A stretch of 63,702 nt of DNA, the filler included, from Psammoneis japonica (Eukaryota), in the NCBI GenBank assembly GCA_008632985.1. It is 4 parts of 4 records of this genome, joined end to end, with 100 filler letters (N's around TTAATTAATTAA, not from the genome) between each part and the next. Parts side by side here need not be neighbours in the genome. Positions count along the whole stretch, not along the records: positions 1 to 20,079 come from QPGO01000451.1; positions 20,180 to 40,391 come from QPGO01000452.1; 2 more parts are not named here. The stretch is one strand, 5' to 3'. A program made the translations under genes and the position numbers. Below, piece by piece: positions 13,669 to 24,159 of this stretch; position 1 is the stretch's first letter; each line of letters opens with the position of its first letter. The notes under the pieces are model-generated. The model worked only from the letters and a program-made list of their open reading frames with translations. It did not search any database and was not told the origin of the DNA.

Positions 13669-15599
13669 TCTTGTTCCAGCACCGGACATGGACAAAAGTC
13701 TTTTTTTTTTTTAAGTCTGGTGTAATTTGATGACACAAATTGCTTTTGTTGGGGCAGCAACAGGACTTTGTGACAGCGGTGGTCAGCCAAAACAAAGTCA
13801 GCCTCATGGCCAAACTCAAAAAACCATGTGTTTGACATGCCAACCAATGTGTTGGCTGCTGCAAGTGCCTGAGTCACAACCTGACATGCCACTGCACACA
13901 GGTCAAATGCTGTTTTGAGGTGTGTTGCCAAGAACCCAGCTTCGTGATGATTGAAAGAAGTGGGTCCTGCTTGTTTGCCTCAAGTCAACAAGTGTTTGAT
14001 CTGGCACTCATTTTTGTTGACACCCAATGATTGTGCAGCAGCAGCATTGCATGGTCAAGCTTGCTGCGCCCTTCAACTTCACTTGGGATCTTCTCAAAGC
14101 TGAGCAGCCAAGGACAGCACAGCAAGTTTTGCCTGTGCCAAGACAAGTCTGCTGAACCAATGGCCTGATTTGATGCACTCTCCAGGGCCCAGAGGTGAGT
14201 TCACATGCAACTTCTTGCAGGAGCACAAAGAGCATGTTCACCTGGAAATCATGAAAGGAACAATGGGAGGTGGCACATCCAGAGTCATGAGTCCATGACC
14301 AAAGAAGTTGCTGAGACAAATTGCACAAAGAGGAAAACAGTGCTGAAGATGACACAACCTTCAGAGTTGTGGTCTACAAAAAGAACAGGGATGGTGAGAA
14401 TGCTCTTGATGTCTGGCAAAAAGGCAAGATTTTGGCAGGGCAAATGAGCAAAAAAAGTGGGGGGTTGGCTTGTTCTCTCAAACAATGTTGTGTTGGCCCC
14501 CTGCGCCCACCAGAACTGGCTGATTCTCTCTGCAGGAGATTTGTGATTTTGTGAATCCAAACCCAAAGAGTGTGCACAGTTGTTCCAACACAGGGCCCCA
14601 GTCATTTTAGAAACACCAAAACCATGGAAAAGCTGGCTCAATTTTTTGGCTCAGGATTCTGCACAAAATTTTCAGCACCAAAAATTGGCAACTTTGACGT
14701 TTTCTAGCAACACCATCATTTTTGAATCTGTGCAAATCTCGTGCGCACATTCAATTGTGTTTTTTGGCAATTTCCAGATGAGAAAACAACATGATGTCAC
14801 AGTTGCTGGCGAAAAGCCCATCAGAGTGTGTGTTGCAGTGATTGAGGCTGCCTGTCTCATTTTGCAGGCAACTGATTGATGCTGTGACAGATGGCCAGTT
14901 GTTCATGTGGCAAACATTTGTCAACTGTGACAGAGGGACAAACACTCCAGTGCTTTGCTGTGGGGTCTGACCCCCCCTCCTGAAAAGAGCAACACCGTTC
15001 ACTGTGAAACAGCCACTCCCTTTTCCCTGTGAGAGTGCCCACCCTCTGTCCCCACAGAACCTGTTGATTGAGAGTGCAAACCCCTGCATTTTTGTGACAT
15101 GCATGTGCAAAAAGTGTCAAAAAAGACTTTTGTTTTAATCATTTGTGATGCAATTGTGGAAAAATGTCCTGCTGCATTCTGTGCTCAGTGCACCAACAAC
15201 ACAGCCATGGCAGAAATGCTGTTCATTCTCAAAAACACAGTGGGGTGCCAAGTGTCTTCCTTCACAACATGACAGGCTTCTGTGGCACAACCAAAACACA
15301 ATGAGAAAAAGTTGCTTGATGCCCCACCTCCATTGCGCTCAATGAATGGCATTTCAGCCACTGTCACGTTGTTGGCAGGGTGAATGCAGGAAGCACTGGG
15401 GGGCTGTTTTTCTTCCACAATTGCACCACAGCATGTGATTGAAGTGTTTTGCATTTTGATGCTTTCACAAATCATGCAAGCAAAAAAAAAAAGAAATTTG
15501 CACCAAAACAAGTAGATTTGCACCCTTGAAAGCATTTTCATTGTGACATTTTACATTGACATTTGTGTTTGATTTGAGTGGTGCAATGCATTGTGCACA

Positions 15600-16235
15600 C
15601 AGTTGCCAATGATTGCCAATTTTTTCAATGGTCAATTTTCAACTTTGTGGAACATCTTCCAGGAGCTGCATCTCCACAAGTCAGGACTTCCAGAGCAGCG
15701 TCAAAAGGAAAACCAACCACCTCTGGTGTGGGCAGCACAGATTGGCTCATGCACTTGGAAATCATGGTGGGACTTGTGGAAAGCTCACAATCAGGTGTGG
15801 TGCATGGGCATGATGATGCCAACTCAAGGAAATCATCTCAGCACTTGCAGGCTGAAGGAGAGCTCACAGCTGTCCACAACAAATGACAAGAGCACCTTGC
15901 CAAGGACAGAGAAGTTTTGCTGGACTCAGTTGAAAGATTGCATGAGTTGCGCCACTTCCAAGATGCTGAAATTTGATTGCCGCGGCATGGTCACACCTGA
16001 AAGAGAGCATCAAGTGCTCTGCACTTTGTGGCACTTGCTCTGTTGCCAGGTTGCTTTGGCGGGGCATCACATTCTGGTGGCACCCATCTTGGCCAATCAT
16101 CTTGGCCAATTCCAGTCAACTTTTGCTGCTCTTGACAGTGCACTGCTGGAAGTGTGGGTTGGCCGGGGCTGGCCCAGCTGGCAAAGGAGCAATGGCACTT
16201 GAAATTTTGGGTTTGTTGTTTTTTCTGTTGATGAT
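15600..16235 (+). mobile_element. 3' fragment of a related LINE
   Basis: FFNGQFSTLW...WAAQIGSCTWKSWWDLWKAHNQ; colinear with 9110-9720, including the 3' UTR. Confidence 0.7.
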
Positions 16236-17639
16236 TGCCAGTTTGCTGCTTTGCCATGTGCCATTTCTGATTTTGGCAATTGGGTGCCATGCATCCAATG
16301 GGTGCATTCCTTTGCCAAACTGGTGCAGGGTTTTGTGTGCTCCATTCATTTTTGCTTGCACTGTCTTCTTCTTTGTTGTCTTTTCCTGTTTCCTCTTCCA
16401 CATTGTCCTTGCCATTGCTGAAAAGCTCAAGCTTGGCTTGTGTTTTTGCCACCTTCTTTGCCAGTTTTTTGCAGTCAGTGCACTCTTGCCCCTTTTGTTG
16501 CTTTTTTCTTGTCATTGCTGTGCCCTGTGTCAAGCTGTGCACCTGGCTCACTTGCCCTGTCTTGCTTTGCTGCTTCATGCAGCTTCTTGAATTGCTGTGT
16601 TCCTGCATCTCCACATGAGTTGTGCTGTTTTGCTGGGTTGGTGCACACAGGCACCGGGGGTGTTTCATTCCCATCATTCTCTCCATTGACATCTCCCTCT
16701 CAAATCTTCTTCTCTTTCATGGCCTTGTGCTCCCAAATTTTCCATTTGTTTTCCAACATCAACAGCCCCAGAGCCTTGTTGCTTGCCACAGTGAGCTTTG
16801 CAGCCTTGCTGTTTCCTGGCTCCACCATCTTTCTCCACACTGCAGTGCTCTTTGAGAATTTTAGCACCTTGTCAAAGAACCACCATGTGTGTGCTTCCTT
16901 GTTGGTCCATTTTTTCACCCACAATGGTTTCCACAGGCTTGTCCTTCCAAGTTGGCAGGAGTGGTTCTTCAATGGGTGCAACACCCTTTTTTCTCTTTTT
17001 TTGTCTTGTTTCTTTTCCGTTGCCACTGCACGCTTTTGCACATGGATTTTCTTGGCTTGTTCTGCTGTCAGCATGACTTGCACAAATGAGCGTTGTGTCA
17101 GCAGCATTTTCAGCACCTTTTTGGCAATGTTTCCCACACAGCAGCACTTGCCTCTCATTGTGCTCTTCATTGTTGACTGGGTGATGGTGTTCCTTTTTGT
17201 GTTGCCTGCACTGGTGGTGCACTTTTTTGCCCAGTGTTCCCATGTTTCTGCCCAGTCTCACTTGCTGAATCTGCCACTGGCCATGTTCTTGTGCATTGGC
17301 TGTGATGCTTTTCCACCACTTGACATGTCTGCCTCAGCAAAAAATTTTGCTCTCAGAAACAGCTCTTTCCCAGCCACCTCTTCAACTTTCTTTTGAGAGA
17401 TTGGCATCCTCCACTTGCTCCCACCCCCTCCAATGCTGCCACCACCAGCAGGCTGGGCAGCTCTTCAGCAGATGTGTCCTTCCTTTTCTTCCACCATGCT
17501 GCCTTTGCAGGTTGCAATTTGCTGTGTGAGCTGTCCATCAGGTCCCCTGTTTGCCATCTTGGGAGTGAATGTGAAGCACTCCATCCTGTGACAGAGCCAC
17601 TCATGTGTGGGGTTTGGACAATTGATGCCATGGTGGAAG

Positions 17640-17800
17640 AACAAGGCTGGCTTCCTGGCACCGGCGCCGGCTGACCCACACTTCCAGCACACCCCATGAG
17701 GGGCGCAGCAGAAGTTGTCACAGTTGGCCAGCTGTGGGGGATGCCCAACACAGAAACAGCTGAAACTGAGAGAACATGACACTTGAAGTTCGCTGCAGTC
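17640..17800 (-). mobile_element. Short LINE 3' end remnant
   Basis: Minus strand tggccaa..cttctgctgc..tgctggaagtgtgggtcagcc matches the 3' UTR motif of the other three copies. Confidence 0.55.
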
Positions 17801-19707
17801 TTGCTGGTGATGCACACATTGGCTGCACCACAACCACAGAGGACAGTTGCATTTGGGAAAAAAATCAATGGGAGCCACAAAGGAAACCAAAATGGACCCT
17901 GGAATTTGCTTGAGCAACAGACACTAACTGGCATCATGAGGCATCTCATTTGCACACCTTGAGCAACCGCAGCAAGAACAGCAAGATCACCACTCAAAGC
18001 AGTGAGCTTGACCAGCCAGTGGATGGAAGTGAGGTGGCACAGGGCTTGCAGGTGTGAAACAAGAAGCCGTGGTGTAGATGGACCTTGTTGGTCATCTGAA
18101 AAAACATTTGTCTTGTGCAAAAACCACACTGGATCTTGCGCAGACATGCCGACATGCACAGCAAAAGGACAACCATCACTTGGTGCCAAAGGAAGACTCG
18201 CGGTGACACTTGTCAGCACCACAACAGAGGAGGTGCTTTCACCAAATGGAGTGAAGCACTTGGTTGGCAAATGGAGATAAAGAAGGTTGTTGAGGACCAA
18301 TGGGCATGAGCACAAGCAGTTTGGAGGGTTGACGCAGCAGTTGTTGGTGGCTGTTGCTGTTGCAAGTGGAATTTGTGCTAAAATCCATGCAGAAAATGTC
18401 TTGAGTGTGCAGAAAATTACAAAAAAGTTCAACAAGCATGCAAACCACAAGGAGTCAATGCCAGTCATTTTTCACTTAGAAACATTGCCCAAGAACATGC
18501 TGAAATGAGGGTGTGCCATTGGTTGAAATGGCCAGAATGGTCTTGGGAGACCCAGCAAAATGCCATCTGAGAAGGGCGACATCAGCAGCACAGGAGCACA
18601 CTTGGAAACACATGCAGGTGTTGTTGGTGGGCAGCTGCCACAGATTTGTCCCCACAGTTCCAGCATGGCAATGACCAATGTTGAGTGTCATGAGGGGTCC
18701 AAACCATCCATTTTTGTCTGTGCCACATGAGGGCAAGCTGACCCTCAACATCTTGTGCAACTCATCAACATTGTTCTTGTTCAGGGCTGACCACGCATTG
18801 TTGCCCCTTGATCCAGCAGTGCACTCATCTCTTGTGTTCTTCTCTTCACCATCAATGTGGTTTCCAAAATGGAAACAACATGTTTCAACTTAACTCTCCA
18901 TGTGGCTTCCACCGACATCCCAAAAATTCCTTGGTTTTGTGTGCATTCTAGGCCCCTGTTTTGCCCAAACATTGCAGTCAGCCTTGCACCATTGTTGCAT
19001 TGGATTTGGACAGAACTCATCTGTGTCTACATTTTCATGTCATTCCAAAGCAGAGTTGCACAAATTTCATCCACCATCATGCCCACCAAGGGATTGGCCA
19101 TTTCCTTGTTCTTGGGATCCAAAAAAACCTTTGCAAACTTCTCATCTGTCAAGTTGGTGTGGCAGATCTGTCCTGCTTGTTTGTCCCCAAAGGAAACACC
19201 AAAGTCCCTCATCATCAGCTGTTGGAAGAGAGCAGATGGGTCCATGCCTTCACAGCGGAGATTGGGCAAACACTTGTCCCTTGAATTGGTGAATTGCTGT
19301 GGCCAGAGCTGACAGATGAATGTCTCTCACCAGTCAAGCCAGTGTCTTTGAACAGCACATGAGCACTTCAGGGACACCGGTGGTGCCACCACCACCTGTC
19401 GCCACAGCATTCCATGGATGACTGTCATCTGGCAACAAGTGCTTTTGAGCATGTTTGCAGAAAGCATGACTTCAGGATGGGAGGGACTGTCATGCTTGAG
19501 ATCAATGTCTTGCAGCACACAGTCAAGCTGAGCTTTTGACTGCAATGCATCCAAGTTGGCATTGGCTGCATGTTGAGCTTGTCATTGCAGCAGAGACCAA
19601 CAGCCTTCCCACCATTGCACACCACCTTGAAGGACCAGATCTCACCAAAATGTCCATGACAAAGAAACAACTGGCAGATGCCTTCCTGTGTCAATGCACC
19701 AGCTGCA

Positions 19708-19708
19708 G

Positions 19709-19805
<97 letters not shown>
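19708..19805. repeat. (GTT)~32 microsatellite
   Basis: Perfect trinucleotide run. Confidence 0.98.
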
Positions 19806-20079
19806 GGTGACCTGCGCAGTGTTGACTGCAAGAGATGCACGAGCCCTGCATTGGGCAGTCCTTGCATTTGAAGTGTGTGCAGCCCAGCTCATCAGCCAAA
19901 ACCTTCACAAACTCATGATGCTGAAGTGACCAGTTGAAGGGTGGTGGGTTGCTCAGTTTCTCAAGCTCCACCTTGCTCTCACAAAGCTGAGTGGAGTCCA
20001 AAATGTCTGCAACCACAGCCTTTGTCTTGGCAGACTTGTGTTTGTTGAAGTTGTCATCAGAGTCAAACTGTCCAGTGCA

Positions 20080-20179
20080 NNNNNNNNNNNNNNNNNNNNN
20101 NNNNNNNNNNNNNNNNNNNNNNNTTAATTAATTAANNNNNNNNNNNNNNNNNNNNNNNNNNNNNNNNNNNNNNNNNNNN
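20080..20179. other. Artificial contig spacer (N44-TTAATTAATTAA-N44)
   Basis: 100-nt N run with a six-frame stop linker, identical at three places. Confidence 0.98.
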
Positions 20180-20235
20180 ACGGTTGCACTGTCGAACAGT
20201 GCCACTCCTCTCATTGTTGCCGTGAAAAGATCAAG

Positions 20236-21535
20236 ATGTCGTCTCCAGCACAACCGGCAAAGAAGAGAAAGAAAAATGAGACCATCAAGCCAATGAGCCC
20301 GAGACTTCAGGCAGTGTTGAAGAGAACAGGTGCGCAGGCAGCGCATGGTGCATTGAAATCAGAAGTGGAGAAGGTGGCCAGAAATGATCTCTTTCCACAG
20401 GTGAAGTTTCTCAGTCCATCAGAATTGGCAAGCAATGGGAGCGTCTCAATGTTTGTCAAGAAACAGATTGCTGGTGGCAACATGGACACTTCAAATTGGT
20501 CAGGAACTTGGGAGGAATGGGCAAAAAAGGCGGTAAAAAGGCAAATTGACAATCGCAGAAACACGGTGTGTTCAGCTGTTGGGGCGGAGGCAATGGCCAG
20601 CAAGCCAAGTGACCAATGTGTGTGATTGGAGAGTTGCGCGCATCTCACAAGAAGATGACGGTGATGCTTTGTCTGTGTGGGCGTTGTCACTGAGGAAGAG
20701 GGAAAGGAAAAAGAAAAGGAACTCAAGGCGGCAGAGAGGAGGAAAAAGAGGAAAAAGTCAAGCCGTGACAAGAATGAAGAGAATGACATCCCGTTTGTGC
20801 CGACATGGGATCCGTTTGGCCTGGACACTGTCACCGGCGGTAAACGAAGGAACAAGCAGGCATGCAAGTGGTTCTGTGATCACATCCTGCCTCAAACCAA
20901 GCAAAAGCAGGCGTGGAGCAGCACCGTCAAAACTGGGAACGCACAGGTCTCACAGTTGTTTGCGGTCGGTGACGAAGCTTTGGCGCTGTCAGCCATGGAG
21001 AATTGTTGGCAGGTGTGGGCATGCAGGAACAAGGAGGAGGCGGTGGAAGAATTGGGTGAGGAAATGGAGCCCGAAGAAACAAGGCCTGCCCCTCAAGCAC
21101 ATGAAGCCAAAGAAACAACGAGTGTCTTGGGGAGACGACGGAATCAATCGGTTCAACGATTCATGCAAAGAGGTGACGAAAGACAGAGACTCCAAGGAGG
21201 GCAAGGAGTTTGAAAAGTGGCATGTGGAGATCAAGAAAAGCGAGCACAAGAAGTCCGGAGAAGCAAAAAAGAAGAAAAAGAAAGCACCGACCGGTGATGC
21301 GGATGAGGTGAAGGCAATGAACAGCCCAATGGTGGAGAGCAACAGGGACGACAACAGCAACGACAATGAGCAGGAGGAAGGCGCAAAAGGCAAAACGGAC
21401 AATGGAGGAGACGAGTCTGATGGAGACAAGTCCGATGATGATCGCTGGCTCAGTTTAAGAGAGTTGCAGCAAGAAAATGTGTGCACAGTTAACACAGCAC
21501 TCGGTCATTGCACTGCAGATGTAAAAAGGGATTGA
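20236..21535 (+). pseudogene. Decayed two-exon gene of unknown function; inferred intron 20600-20680, frameshift near 21090
   Basis: Protein-like ORFs 20236..20625 and 20677..21213 join in frame across an 81-nt intron-like gap. Motifs include LFPQVKF, W..(K/R)..IDNRRN, GDEALAL..MEN.W, WGDDGINRFN..KEV..DR and an acidic tail. Confidence 0.6.
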
Positions 21536-22944
21536 CTTAACCGATGAAATGCTTTTCTCATTTAAAACAATGTTTGCAAAAATTGACAAACCAAAGATTG
21601 TGTGGAAATGCAACCACGCATTGGCATGTGGCAACAAGGTGGAGGCAGATGTGGTGATGTGGGTGCAGTGAAAAACAGCATGCACAATTCTCAACAAGTT
21701 GTTGCAACATTGGTGTGGCAAACTTGCAACCAGAGGTTGGCCTTTCATCATGTGACAACAATGTTTTGCAACATTTTGACAAATTGTCATCATGCAAATC
21801 TACACATTTTCAACATTTCGTGCACTCTGATGCTCGCCTCACCTTTTGTGCTCTTGTCCTCCGCTGATTTCAGTTGGCACCAACTCACAACTGATCACTT
21901 TGGCTTCTCTTGCCACTCCTCCACTCCTTCTCAATGAGCCGCTCAAACTCTTGGCTGCAACATTGTCCATCACTCATCCGCCCACGCTCTCCGCTTCCTT
22001 TCCAACCTTCACACTGATGCATCTCCCATCCCTTCTTCGAAATGCCCTTTGCACTGTCTCGCGTGCCCCTTCTTTGCACCCGCCCCTGCAGCTCTGCAGC
22101 TCTCCACCGTGCCCACTCCCGGCTTGGGAGGTCTGCAATTGGTGCGGGAAGAAGAGGAAGAGAAAGAGCTCCGTGCCGGCCCATCCTCTTGCTGCTTTCC
22201 ATTCCTTTGCTGATTTTGCTCTTTGGCTTTCTGCTTAAAACAAAAAGCCGCCGCACCGGCTGGCCACACTGTAAAAAAGCACGGCGCTCACTGGCCTCGT
22301 GGAGACCGACAAGGGGAGATGACCTCATTGCCCGTTGATGACGCACTTGGAAATCACCCCCCGCATCTGCCACATTGAACGCATTCAAGTTGGCGTTTGG
22401 AAGCGAGCTGCTGTTGCTCATTCTTCCGAAGAGCTTTAGCAGCAAGCCAAACAGACAGTCTAAAAGCGCCATTGTGTTCGGCGGAGGATGCCATCCGCCG
22501 CTGCACCCACGAGGCTCGCAGGACAGTCACACATTGTGAACCAAGACGGAAATGTCAGAAATGATCCACTGCCGGATGCCGCTGCGGCGGCACAACAACC
22601 CCAACAACTGATTCCGGCGGCCAACAATGCCCAGAACGTGCCGCCAGCACCGGTGCATCCTGTGGCGCTGGCAGCACCAGGAGCAGTGGCACAACCTGCC
22701 GCAGCGCAGGGAGGACAAGCCCCGGGAGGGGCTCCCCAACAGCCGGCACCTCAAGTGCCACCCGTCCCGCCAGCAGGTCCCGTGGGGCAGGGAGCTCCAG
22801 TGCCACCAGCAGCAATCCGGGCCTGTTGGGATTGCTGCTCACATGCCACAAAGGATCCGTGCGCCGGCAACCATGCGGAAATCATGCAGGACTTCATGGT
22901 CCCACTGCAAGGGCAATCCCGCTGCAGTCCCAACGTGTTGAGGA

Positions 22945-23220
22945 TGACAGGATTTGAACAGGATTTGGGTGCGCGCGAAATGTCGCGCGCTGTTTGGTTT
23001 GCGGCGCACAGTTTTGTGTGCTTTAGTTCCGCGCGTTCGCGCACGATGTAGTTTGCTTTCGAGCCACAAGGCTCACAAGAATGACAACAGCAGCCCGATT
23101 GTGCCGACTTGCACGTCTTTCGGCTCCTGCAACAGTCTCTGAGCGGAGACTCATCTGCTGTTTAGACAGCAGCAAGGAGTTGTTGTTTGAATTCTTGCCA
23201 TTTGCCTTCAATTTCTGTCA
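22945..23220 (+). repeat. 5' LTR (276 bp) of Copia-1
   Basis: Direct repeat of 29779-30053 with 6-bp inverted termini. Confidence 0.95.
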
Positions 23221-23231
23221 GATTAACAGTC
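23221..23231 (+). promoter_or_regulatory. Primer binding site, complementary to a tRNA-Asn(GUU) anticodon arm
   Basis: GATTAACAGTC abuts the LTR; its reverse complement is GA-CT-GTT-AA-TC. The same sequence abuts the LTR of Copia-2 (45394-45404). Confidence 0.6.
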
Positions 23232-24159
23232 TTGCTCATTGTCAACCCATTGAGCAACCGCCATCGTCGTCGTTGATTTACCAACGACGCTGTTTCAATT
23301 CTACGTGGACCTCCGTGTGCATTCTACATACATCGGCAAGTCTACGCGCATTCAATGCCAGGGCATTGGCAGGAAGTTAACGTCACCGTCAAGTCTCCTC
23401 ACCGCTGGACATCTGGATTGATTGCACTGCCTTTGATCGCTGAAGACATGCATTCAACGGTCATGTCCAAGTCTGTCCTTGATCCTCATCCCTTGACACA
23501 CCCATTCATCGGTTGACGGTCAAGAACCCCACATGTTCAAGGATCTTCGTCGCTGAAGACATGTGCACACACACACATCCTCACGGCCAAGAACCTGCAC
23601 CCACTCTTCAGACTGCGGTTTTGCTGCCACTCCACAAGCACACCAAGTCCATTGCACCTGATCTGCCCCGGACTGCTGGTGCTCTGCAGTTCCACTGGGT
23701 CCACGAGGACGACTGTGAGAGCAAGCAGCCGTGATTGCAGCCTGCGTTGGGGCGAGGGTGCTTTCCCGCATTTGTTCGTTCGTCCACAGCGCCCAACGCC
23801 TGCGTCAACTGGCCAGCCTGATCGGGAAATCCAACCGATGTAAAACAAGAACGGTTCGGGGGTCTTGTCCACCTCCAGTCAGCTCACCTGCAGGGGTTTA
23901 CAACCCGCTGCTCCGCTTGCAAGCAACCCAAAGCGCCACCAGCTGTGGGTTCGGACGTGCCGGCACAACTCTACGGACCGGATGGGAAGTTTAGCACTTG
24001 ACAACGAACGGGATGGCAAAGCCCGGCGACTTCTGATTTTAAGATAGATCAAGATTTCAAGTCAAGTCCATTTCAAGTCAAGTCTGTTCTCACCCAAGCT
24101 TCAAGTCCACCTTTGCTTCCCAACAAGAATTGCTTGTCCTGACACCACTTTTGTCTGCC

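Noticed and set aside
17645..17680. ggcgccggctg resembling part of the HDV ribozyme
   Set aside because: Antisense to the LINE, not conserved in the other three copies, and the nested pseudoknot could not be built.
15973..19420. Long ORFs such as 16440..17396, 17353..18468 and fragments at 18470-19420
   Set aside because: No recognisable motifs; expected from stop-codon depletion. A decayed gene may be present but cannot be supported.
19425..20016. Poly-Cys/Val/Thr/Asn ORFs
   Set aside because: Translations of the (GTT)n microsatellite.
20080..20179. TTAATTAATTAA palindrome in N runs (also 40392-40491, 60608-60707)
   Set aside because: Artificial six-frame-stop linker. Adjacency across spacers is meaningless, so Gypsy-1/Copia-2 and others were not joined.
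23810..24000. Conserved 5' leader block shared by Copia-1 and Copia-2 as a hammerhead ribozyme
   Set aside because: No CUGAUGA/GAAA core with flanking stems; the conservation is explained by shared family origin.
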